Of a DNA stretch of 28,162 nt, positions 15,314 through 22,854 are shown one piece after another. Numbering within the stretch: the first letter of the stretch is position 1; every line of letters begins with the position of its first letter. Below the pieces are notes generated by a model. The model saw nothing but the letters and a program-made list of their open reading frames with translations, had not been told where the DNA came from and ran no database searches. Made by a program: the position numbers and the translations under genes. Source of the DNA: a virus (taxonomy: Duplodnaviria > Caudoviricetes); the IMG/VR virus record IMGVR_UViG_3300049924_000399, positions 1 to 28,162 of that record, one strand, 5' to 3'.

Positions 15314-16582
15314 ATGATCAAATCTGCTATTGTCAAACTACCGCTCGGCATCTGGCGCAATGGTCGCCCGCGCTTTGTGCCGGGGCCGAACCTGCGCAAA
15401 ATGGGCTATCAGGGCCGCGACCTGCGCCACCCCAATGGTGAATGGTTCACCCTGCCCGAAGCCGAAGCCGAACTGCAGCGCATCCAGGCCGAAGCCCGCG
15501 CGCGCAAACACCAGAACGCCGCACCGGTCAAACCAGCACGCCCGGCAGCTGCCGTGGCAGGCCTCACCTTGGGCCAAGCCGTCGAAGCCTTTTTCAATCT
15601 GCCGGATATGAAGGGCAAGCCCGTGGTTGACGGCAAGATGGTGCGCAAAGCGCTCTCACCCGTCACCGTTGCAGGCTATGAGAAATATGCCCGCCTGGTC
15701 GAAGCCGCCTGTGAACGTTTGGATGATGATAATACGTGGCTGCTCCCCGTCGCGGCCATCGGCCCCAAGCGCATGCAATCCCTCATCAATGAAATCTGGC
15801 GGCACTCAGGCCCCATTCAGGCCCGGAAAGCGCGTGGCTTTCTCAGCAGCATGTGGGGCAAGGTGGCATCCAAGCAGCCCCATGTGTTGAAGGGCTTGTT
15901 CTTGGAGCTCGACAGCATGCCCACAGCAGCAGGCCGCATTCGCGCGTGCGAACCGCATGAGTTTTGGGCCATGGTGGAAGCCGCCGAAAGCTTAGGCCGC
16001 TATGACATGGCCGACATGTTCTTTTGGGCCGTGCTGCATGGCGACCGACAAACCGACCGCCTCAACCCCACAGTGCTGGAACGCACATCAACCCACATCA
16101 CCCTCAGGCACTCCAAAACCGGCCAGATCACCAAGAAATTTATTGACCCCTGGCTACAAGCCCGCTTTGCCGCCAATGCCAAGCGCCGTGACGCCAACAC
16201 CGTGCACTGGCCACAGATGATCATTGACGAACGCCTGAACCAACCATGGGCAGCAGACGCCAATGCCTACCAGAAAACCTTTGCAGCAATCCGCAAGGTT
16301 GCCGCACAACGCTGCCCCAGCTTGGCCACCACAGCCACCAGCAAAGGCCTGCGCGATCAAGACTGGCGCGACACCAACCAGACCTGGCTCGACAAAGCCA
16401 GCATAGACCCCCGCACCATGGCCCTGGTGGCAGGCCACAGCTTCGACAAAACCGAAATGCAAAAACGCCACTACGTCGCCAGCAACCAAGACAAAATCGA
16501 CAAGGCAGTGATGGCGATTTCAGCGATCCTCACCGAGACAGCACCAAAGGTGGACACCGAGACAAGCAAGGCGAACCAGTGA
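15314..16582 (+). CDS. int: Tyrosine integrase (about 422 aa from the likely start)
   Basis: GDRQTD (Arg), HSKTG (Lys), QDWRDT (H-x-x-R variant), AGHS, RHY (Tyr); near xis-like gene and att core. Confidence 0.88.
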   Translation: MIKSAIVKLPLGIWRNGRPRFVPGPNLRKMGYQGRDLRHPNGEWFTLPEAEAELQRIQAEARARKHQNAAPVKPARPAAAVAGLTLGQAVEAFFNLPDMKGKPVVDGKMVRKALSPVTVAGYEKYARLVEAACERLDDDNTWLLPVAAIGPKRMQSLINEIWRHSGPIQARKARGFLSSMWGKVASKQPHVLKGLFLELDSMPTAAGRIRACEPHEFWAMVEAAESLGRYDMADMFFWAVLHGDRQTDRLNPTVLERTSTHITLRHSKTGQITKKFIDPWLQARFAANAKRRDANTVHWPQMIIDERLNQPWAADANAYQKTFAAIRKVAAQRCPSLATTATSKGLRDQDWRDTNQTWLDKASIDPRTMALVAGHSFDKTEMQKRHYVASNQDKIDKAVMAISAILTETAPKVDTETSKANQ

Positions 16583-16772
16583 TGAGTGAAAAAACAATTG
16601 GTGTGAGTTCGGCAGCAACCAAAATTGAACTCACCAGCAGATACAAACCGAAGAAGCATATTTTTGCTTTCCCCATTGATTGCATAGCGATCTTCATTTC
16701 GTCACCCGACAACAAAACCCACGGCATGCACATCAAAAAAACAAATACATACCCCAAGGAATTTTACCCCTC

Positions 16773-16801
16773 TTGACAAATCGCGGGCACCGTATCAGCT
16801 T
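16773..16801 (+). promoter_or_regulatory. Sigma70-like promoter for the second c4 cassette
   Basis: TTGACA-N17-CAGCTT. Confidence 0.5.
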
Positions 16802-16895
16802 CCGCTCCGTCAGCCAAGCATGGCTGATACGGGTTGGAAGCCGGAATAATCAAGCATGGTGCCCGCACTGTGTTCCGCACAAGTGCGGTTTTTTA

Positions 16896-16969
16896 TGGTC
16901 GGGTGTCATGGGAGGCTGAAAAGCCTGCCGGTTGCTTGTGCCGGTCTTCCAACCTGTGGCATCCGGCCA
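16896..16969 (+). ncRNA. C4-like antisense RNA no. 2
   Basis: 17-bp outer stem with five G-U pairs (16896-16912/16953-16969); loop TTGCTTGTG complementary to CACAAGCAA (17003-17011); CTTCCAA complementary to TTGGAAG (16834, 16974). Confidence 0.82.
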
Positions 16970-17010
16970 CCCTTTGGAAGGGGTGGCTCCAACCGATGGA
17001 GACACAAGCA

Positions 17011-17235
17011 ATGACCAAGACACAACGCACCCTGTTGAACCATATGGAATACCAGCTCATGCGCCTGCGCGGCTGCATCGACGCCATGGTGTTGATTGAT
17101 GATGCAGTCGAAATGAAGAACCTGCAAATCTATCGCAACAGTGCATCGACACTGCACCTCATCATGGATGATGACTTGAAGTCAGCAACATCTACCCTTG
17201 ACGCCATTTTTGCAGCAGGAAGGAAAGCATCATGA
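17011..17235 (+). CDS. Small helical protein, first gene after c4 no. 2
   Basis: GGAGA RBS, ATG 17011, 74 aa, ATGA-coupled to next gene. Confidence 0.65.
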   Translation: MTKTQRTLLNHMEYQLMRLRGCIDAMVLIDDAVEMKNLQIYRNSASTLHLIMDDDLKSATSTLDAIFAAGRKAS

Positions 17236-17774
17236 CTGGCAAAGTCCCTTATCTCGTTTGGCGCGACGGTCGGCCACGCTGGGTGCCAAGTCCAATCATG
17301 CGAGCGCTTGGCGCAAAAGGCCAAGACCTCAGAAATGAGGACGGCACATGGTTCACACGTGAACAAGCGGAACTGGCTGCTGCGAAACTGAACATAGAAA
17401 TGCAAAGCCAGCCACGGCCCCTCGCTACACCAGGCAAACCGCCGTCATGGCGAAAACTTAAGCACCCAAAAGTCACCGACAAGAACATGCGCACAGGACA
17501 TGTTTACTTCATCATATTGGATGACAAAGTGAAGATCGGATTTTCACTCAACCCATGGACGCGCATCGCCGGAATTATGGTTGCGTTGCCCGTGCCGCCG
17601 ATCATGTTGGCCTTTCCCGGCACGATGCGTGATGAGAAGATGCTGCATTGGCAGAACCGAGCCTTTCACCTTCAAGGCGAGTGGTTTCAGTACACGCCCG
17701 TTCTCAAAAAACGGATCATGAAACTGCTGCAAAAAACCAAACAGAGTTCTCACGCCCCGCAAAAATCATCTTGA
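17232..17774 (+). CDS. Fusion of integrase-N-terminus paralogue and T5orf172/MUG113 (GIY-YIG-like) domain
   Basis: N-terminus matches Int N-terminus at 21/39 ungapped positions; C-terminus GHVYFI...KVKIGFS.NP..R...EKMLH...GEWF. Confidence 0.8.
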   Translation: MTGKVPYLVWRDGRPRWVPSPIMRALGAKGQDLRNEDGTWFTREQAELAAAKLNIEMQSQPRPLATPGKPPSWRKLKHPKVTDKNMRTGHVYFIILDDKVKIGFSLNPWTRIAGIMVALPVPPIMLAFPGTMRDEKMLHWQNRAFHLQGEWFQYTPVLKKRIMKLLQKTKQSSHAPQKSS

Positions 17775-17885
17775 TAATTGAAGGACATAAGCAAAAAATC
17801 TCGCTGTGAGAACTGTGAGAACGGCAAAATTAGGAGAACAAATCTACTTGTTCTCCTATCGTTTTCTGTAAGCCATTGAAAGAGT

Positions 17886-17933
17886 TGGTGGGCCCGGAGG
17901 GACTCGAACCCCCAACCAGACGGTTATGAGCCG
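17886..17933 (-). mobile_element. attP core: 3' 48 nt of a CAT-anticodon tRNA (probably tRNA-Ile2)
   Basis: Reverse complement CGGCTCATAACCGTCTGGTTGGGGGTTCGAGTCCCTCCGGGCCCACCA; no D-arm or 5' acceptor strand; phage genes on both sides. Confidence 0.85.
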
Positions 17934-18011
17934 ACGCGAAACCCTTTAAAACGCCACATAAGTTTAAAACACCCCGTAAGAACCCCGCCTAAACCCTGCT
18001 GAAAATCTCAC

Positions 18012-18038
18012 AAAAAAAGGCCCCGCTTTCGCAGGGCC
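18012..18038 (-). terminator. Intrinsic terminator ending late transcription before attP
   Basis: GGCCCTGC-GAAA-GCGGGGCC-T7. Confidence 0.85.
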
Positions 18039-18083
18039 AGTTTAAACAGGGAGGCGTCAAACAGAGTGAAACAATCCACTCAA
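18012..18083 (-). ncRNA. Candidate anti-SD small RNA (suhB/alpha-r8-like architecture)
   Basis: 5' hairpin GAGTGGA-TTGT-TTCACTC, unpaired GCCTCCCTGTT, then the terminator. Confidence 0.5.
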
Positions 18084-18142
18084 AGTATCTACGATTTAGA
18101 AACCTTCACTAAAAGCATAAGCAACAGACAAAACCAATCATG

Positions 18143-19333
18143 CTATTTTTCCTGAATAGCCAATTCACCATTGAAAAACGTGGCCGTTGCCGCAGACGCA
18201 AGAATGCAATGCAGCAAACACATTCCGTTGTAGAGCCTGATGCCGGGATCAGCCACCTTGCGGCTCGCAGGAATGTTCACAAGTGTTGGTCCGATGCTGG
18301 CAATGTCACGGGTGATCATGAGTGAAATCGTACCAGACACCCACGAAGTGTTAAGGGTGATGGACTGAATGGAGCGAACGCCTTTGTCACCAGCTTGCAG
18401 ATTAAACCAGATCAACGTGCCAATGACAGGCGTGGCGGGAGCCTGAGAACCAACCTGCGCCGTCAGTGTGGCTGTGCGCCCTGCGACACCATCGGAGTTG
18501 GTATAAGACACAGTTGCGTTGCTTGCCACAGCAGCAAGACCAACAGCAGCAGTGCACAAAATAGCAATGCCGCACCCTTCGCCGTTTGTCGTTCCGTTAA
18601 TGTCGCGGGCCGGAATAGCACCCGGCATGGTGATAGTCTGCGCTGTGGTTGTCGTGATGACCAAAGCCGTGTTCACCCACAACACATCAAAAAACAGATT
18701 GTAGTGAACGACACTCGACGCCATCAAAAGTTCTGTGAGGTAGTTCGCCCCAACAGCCGGATTTTTGACTGGAATGCAACCAAAATCAGCAGCAGTTGTG
18801 CCGTCCGTGTTGCGCCCATTTACACCGGGCGAACCAGGGGACCATGCGCCGGGGAACCCTGCGTCTTTTGAAGTGCAGTACCAGTACCCGACAGCATCGG
18901 GAGCCGTGCCCGACTTCATGAATGGGGCCGAAAAACCATCATATGCGCCCTTGCCAGACGGCGGATATTCTGCCCCTTGCGCATCTCGGTGTGCCCACCT
19001 GCCTTCTTCATTGAAGACCATGTTTTCACCCGGCAAGAGAGTGAAGGCCATCAGTTCAATGGCTGTTGTGCCATCAAAATGCTCAACCGTGATGATGCAA
19101 GACTGTGAAGCGTGATCATTCGTGATATTGAGGTGCTTGACATTTCGGGCCACCCCGGCACCGGGTGAAGGCACCACAGTCACAGTTGTTGCCGTGGTGA
19201 TGTGAGGCGTGTTCTGGCGGTCCAGCGAAACAGTCGTACCGTCGAAATCCCCCCACGAGGCATGCACTTCAATTTGGGCCGCAGCTGACGTGACAACACG
19301 CACAATATCAGACGTTGATTTTAGGTTTAGCAT
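18143..19333 (-). CDS. Beta-rich virion appendage / receptor-binding-like protein
   Basis: 396 aa T/G/A/V-rich; starts 1 nt after the fibre gene stop. Confidence 0.55.
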   Translation of the reverse strand: MLNLKSTSDIVRVVTSAAAQIEVHASWGDFDGTTVSLDRQNTPHITTATTVTVVPSPGAGVARNVKHLNITNDHASQSCIITVEHFDGTTAIELMAFTLLPGENMVFNEEGRWAHRDAQGAEYPPSGKGAYDGFSAPFMKSGTAPDAVGYWYCTSKDAGFPGAWSPGSPGVNGRNTDGTTAADFGCIPVKNPAVGANYLTELLMASSVVHYNLFFDVLWVNTALVITTTTAQTITMPGAIPARDINGTTNGEGCGIAILCTAAVGLAAVASNATVSYTNSDGVAGRTATLTAQVGSQAPATPVIGTLIWFNLQAGDKGVRSIQSITLNTSWVSGTISLMITRDIASIGPTLVNIPASRKVADPGIRLYNGMCLLHCILASAATATFFNGELAIQEK

Positions 19334-19334
19334 G

Positions 19335-20564
19335 TCAGATCACCCATGAAAGAATTGGAGAAGCCCCGCCGCCACCACCGCCCGTGTTGTCGGCCTGCCA
19401 GCTGTAATCGTAATCAGTGGCGGAAATCTTTTTCAGCACTTGCCCCGCCGTGCCACCTGCAGGGGCCAAGCCGGAATGGGTGTGGCCAGTGTCAGATTTT
19501 GCAGCCAGTGCCGCCGTCAGCCCCGTCACGTCGCCAATCGCATGGGAATGCGCTACAGCGGCTTTGGCATCGAGCGCGGCCTGCAGGCCTGTAGTGTCAG
19601 AAATCGCGTGGGTATGCACCGCAGCTGCAAAGGCACCTGATGCAAAGGTTGCCGCACTGCCAAGCCCCAGCGTGGTGCGCATGGTGGCGGCATCAGCATC
19701 ATCCAAAAGCGTCAGGGCAAAGCCCGTCACGGCAGAACTGTTCAGCTTGCCCGACAAAGCCGTGGTCATGGTCGAGGCAAAGTTGGGATCGTCGCCCAGC
19801 GCATTGGAAATTTCATCCAGCGTGTCGAGAAGCCCAGGAGCCGCCCCAATCAGCAGCCCGATTTGCGCCTGCACAAAAGCCGTGGTGGCCAATTGCGTTG
19901 AATTGGTGCCGTTGGCCGCAGTCGGGGCCAAGGGTGTGCCGCTGAAATTGGGCGAAGCCAGATCGGCCTTTGCCGTCAAAGCCGCCATCAACCCCGTCAC
20001 ATCACCAATCGCATGGGAATGCGCTAGAGCGGCCTTGCCGTCGAGCGCGGCTTGCAGGCCCGTGGTGTCAGAAATCGCGTGGCCATGCGCTAGGAGTGAA
20101 TAGCGGGCATCGCCACGGGCATCGGTATGGTATTGCGTGTGGTCATCATCGCCAAGGCCGGTCAATGCGCCATGATCGGTTACACCGCCACCACCGCCAG
20201 TCACCCATTGCGTGGCATAATCGGCATTCGACAGCTTGGCCAGAACCTGCCCCGTTGTGCCGCCAAGCGGAACGCCCTGCCCGGCCGCGCCAGCTGCGCC
20301 ATCGGCACCGTCAGCACCATCGGCACCATCGGCACCGGGTGTGCCAGGTGCACCAGGCATGCCAGCCGCACCATCAGCCCCCTGCAGTGTCTCGTTCACC
20401 ACCACCACAGTGGCCTGCGTCACGGCAACGTCCACCACCGCCTTGGCTACAGGAAGCACCAGCACGGCAACGTCATCTTGCTCCACCTGCAACACGCCAG
20501 CCGTGCCCTGCTCCACCGTGACTGTGGCGCGGGCCGTGGCTGGAATGACAAGCACGGAGGACAT
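19335..20564 (-). CDS. Tail fibre protein with collagen-like and HxHAIxDxTGL repeats
   Basis: (GXY)n tract, phage tail repeats, SPNFSGTPLAPTA..GTNSTQLATTAFV and LDTLDEI..ALG.DPNF fibre motifs. Confidence 0.8.
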   Translation of the reverse strand: MSSVLVIPATARATVTVEQGTAGVLQVEQDDVAVLVLPVAKAVVDVAVTQATVVVVNETLQGADGAAGMPGAPGTPGADGADGADGADGAAGAAGQGVPLGGTTGQVLAKLSNADYATQWVTGGGGGVTDHGALTGLGDDDHTQYHTDARGDARYSLLAHGHAISDTTGLQAALDGKAALAHSHAIGDVTGLMAALTAKADLASPNFSGTPLAPTAANGTNSTQLATTAFVQAQIGLLIGAAPGLLDTLDEISNALGDDPNFASTMTTALSGKLNSSAVTGFALTLLDDADAATMRTTLGLGSAATFASGAFAAAVHTHAISDTTGLQAALDAKAAVAHSHAIGDVTGLTAALAAKSDTGHTHSGLAPAGGTAGQVLKKISATDYDYSWQADNTGGGGGGASPILSWVI

Positions 20565-20567
20565 GGC

Positions 20568-20885
20568 TTAAAGCTCCACCGCCACAACCATGGCATCGGC
20601 ATCCATGAACAGCGTGTTGTCGACATTGAACGCCGTGGCCACCACCGTCACTTGTGCCGGGTTGTTGAGCGTTGCCAAATTGGCCGCTGTGCATTCAAAC
20701 CAGAAATAACCCAGCGTGGCTCCACTCTGCACTTCCGTGTCGGAGTTCAGCAACAAGCCCACAGCCGTTCCGTCATCGGCCTTCACCGTCACGGTTTTGC
20801 CCGTCAGGTTGGCGGCATTGCCACCCACTTCAAAGCGCGCCCGAATGCGGGTGGTCACACCTTTTTTGAATACAGCACTGGTCAT
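20568..20885 (-). CDS. Small beta-rich protein, possible fibre adaptor (BppU-like)
   Basis: 105 aa with KKG.T...AANLTGKTVTV pattern, directly upstream of fibre gene. Confidence 0.45.
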   Translation of the reverse strand: MTSAVFKKGVTTRIRARFEVGGNAANLTGKTVTVKADDGTAVGLLLNSDTEVQSGATLGYFWFECTAANLATLNNPAQVTVVATAFNVDNTLFMDADAMVVAVEL

Positions 20886-21214
20886 GTGCGCCTCGCGCTT
20901 CTGCCTTTATGGCTGGCCATGTCGATCATGGCTTTCTGAAAATCCTCGCGCATGCCATGCAGCTCCTTCACAATGTTATCGAAGCGCTCCCCCAGGCGGT
21001 GCTCCACATCGCGGATGAAACCATTCTTGGCGTAATTCTCAGCCACTTCGAGACGATAGTCCTGCAAGTCTTTTTCCACTTGCAGCGCCTTTGCCATGGC
21101 TTCCTTTGCTCCCGTGGAAACGCGCGTTTCAACGCGCCACCACAAGCCCAACACAGCCCCCACAAGACCCAGCAACATTGTGACATCAGCGAAGGTGAGA
21201 ACCTGACTATTCAT
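20882..21214 (-). CDS. Single-TM coiled-coil membrane protein of the lysis region
   Basis: N-terminal TM helix then charged helix with VAENYAK motif. Confidence 0.6.
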   Translation of the reverse strand: MNSQVLTFADVTMLLGLVGAVLGLWWRVETRVSTGAKEAMAKALQVEKDLQDYRLEVAENYAKNGFIRDVEHRLGERFDNIVKELHGMREDFQKAMIDMASHKGRSARRT

Positions 21215-21606
21215 TTACCGCGCCCCGTATATTTTCCAACGGCCTGCACGCCGCCGTAGCCCACAAACAAGCTGGCGATGATATAGCCACCATGCGTGGC
21301 CAGTGGTTCTGGCAGCGCTGCAATCACCCAGGCTTGCGGGTAAGCACAGCGTGCACACCACAACACCGAATAGAGACACACCGCACCCCACCAGAATGCA
21401 AAGGGGATCACGAACAACGCCATGAACAGCATCATCCATTTGCCATTGGCACCATTGAGAACCGACACTTGCGCCGACAGATAGGACGTGACCACAGCGG
21501 CCCGCGTTTCCTCGCGCTTGGTTTCCGATTGCACATAGGTGTCAACCGATTTGAGCGCCCGATCAAGCGGATTGCCGAGGATAAGGGAAAGCAGCCTCCA
21601 CATCAC
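21211..21606 (-). CDS. Probable holin (3TM-like)
   Basis: Several hydrophobic helices, ALPEP..GYIIASLF.G, basic C-terminus; near endolysin. Confidence 0.55.
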   Translation of the reverse strand: MMWRLLSLILGNPLDRALKSVDTYVQSETKREETRAAVVTSYLSAQVSVLNGANGKWMMLFMALFVIPFAFWWGAVCLYSVLWCARCAYPQAWVIAALPEPLATHGGYIIASLFVGYGGVQAVGKYTGRGK

Positions 21607-21890
21607 ACTTTGCCTTTCAGGCCCAGCTTGCGCATGATCATGTTGGACACGAGAATGCCAAACACCACCGCTTGCGCACGCCCCGCATCAAGAATAGACG
21701 ACCACGGCAAGGCTTGCGCATCCGCCAGAAGACCCGCCACAAAGTTGAGAGCTTCAGGAATAAACAGGCCAGCACCCGTAATCAGGTTGGCCCAAATCGT
21801 TCCATAGCTTGGAAAATAAGTGTGAACCACCCAACGCAACACCAACATGAAAATGATGACTGCCAAAGCGATGAATAGAAAATTGATCAT
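21603..21890 (-). CDS. Multi-TM membrane protein, holin candidate
   Basis: 95 aa, 2-3 hydrophobic segments, ATGA-coupled to endolysin stop. Confidence 0.5.
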   Translation of the reverse strand: MINFLFIALAVIIFMLVLRWVVHTYFPSYGTIWANLITGAGLFIPEALNFVAGLLADAQALPWSSILDAGRAQAVVFGILVSNMIMRKLGLKGKV

Positions 21891-22582
21891 GATTGCTTGC
21901 CTTTCTTGATTGCCACATAAATACCAACAGCGATGACGATTGCGGCCACAGCCAGCCCGCCAACCACCCACCACGGCCAGCCACTTGCAGCCGCCGTCAC
22001 CACCACAGCAGCGCCGCCACCGGCAGCAATTCCACCACCTTCAACTTCAGGCCGCGCGGGCTTTGGAACAAGAACAGGATCATCGGTTCGGTAGCTTTGC
22101 TCTCTCGCCTCGCTATCAGATTGCACTGTCTTCTTTGGCGGCAGCATGAACAGATCGCTCTCAGCTTGGCGACGACGCACCAGCCCAGGCAACACACGAT
22201 AACCAGCTTTGTTCCAAAGCTTCAGGCGCGAAGGCACGGCGTCAAAATTCTTGGTGTTGACAGCTTTCAAAACTGACGACTTTTTGAATGCGCCAAGCCC
22301 AACGTTATATGCAAAAGACACAAGCGCCGAGAACTGGTTGTCATTGAGTTTGACGGTCAAAGGCTTTTTCACACCACGGGCAAACAGCGCCACATCACGG
22401 CGCAGAATTTCATCGCCCTGTTGCTTTGTAATCACCAGCCCAGCCGTGACAGTAGGTTCGCCCGCCATAGACGTGTGACCATAGCCAATAGTCCAAATGC
22501 CTACAGGGTCGCGATAAGCCTTCGCGCGCCATCCCTCGAAAGCCTTGATCAGCTCAATGCCGTTATCGTTGACCGACATCAT
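21887..22582 (-). CDS. GH24 lysozyme endolysin with C-terminal hydrophobic tail
   Basis: FEG.RAKAYRDPVGIWTIGYGHT (E-x8-D-x5-T), ALVSFAYNVG, LPGLVRRR..E. Confidence 0.92.
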   Translation of the reverse strand: MMSVNDNGIELIKAFEGWRAKAYRDPVGIWTIGYGHTSMAGEPTVTAGLVITKQQGDEILRRDVALFARGVKKPLTVKLNDNQFSALVSFAYNVGLGAFKKSSVLKAVNTKNFDAVPSRLKLWNKAGYRVLPGLVRRRQAESDLFMLPPKKTVQSDSEAREQSYRTDDPVLVPKPARPEVEGGGIAAGGGAAVVVTAAASGWPWWVVGGLAVAAIVIAVGIYVAIKKGKQS

Positions 22583-22851
22583 ACAGACACCTCAATTATC
22601 AGAGCGCCAAACACCAACACCGCCATGGGCGCAAAAGTCTCGAATTGCTTTGCGCTTGACCAGTTCCGGAAATCCCAGCACGTCAGGAAATTGTTGTCGG
22701 CCCGCGTCTGAGCCTGTGTAAGTTCGCGGATGAAGCCAACGAAGCTGCCGGACAAGGCAATGCTCGATGGGTCAAGCGGCAAGCCGCACAGCAGATTGAC
22801 GATGACACCAAACGCCGCAAAGAGTGGGATATGGAGAAGAGTGTCGCGCAT
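22579..22851 (-). CDS. Small multi-TM membrane protein
   Basis: 90 aa, three hydrophobic segments, coupled to endolysin start. Confidence 0.55.
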   Translation of the reverse strand: MRDTLLHIPLFAAFGVIVNLLCGLPLDPSSIALSGSFVGFIRELTQAQTRADNNFLTCWDFRNWSSAKQFETFAPMAVLVFGALIIEVSV

Positions 22852-22854
22852 GCG

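Noticed and set aside
16530-16776. Small ORFs after int (+ 16582-16776 or hydrophobic - 16530-16757)
   Set aside because: Cannot choose a strand; no motif, and the - strand ORF overlaps the int 3' end
16834-17010. N-terminal part of the 133-aa ORF
   Set aside because: It translates through the c4-like RNA; the RBS and seed target point to ATG 17011
17886-17960. Complete tRNA-Met/Ile gene
   Set aside because: Similarity stops inside the anticodon stem; D-arm and 5' acceptor strand are missing, so it is treated as an att core
19518-20087. Diversity-generating retroelement TR/VR pair
   Set aside because: Both copies are in-frame within one fibre gene, differences are not adenine-specific, and no reverse transcriptase is present
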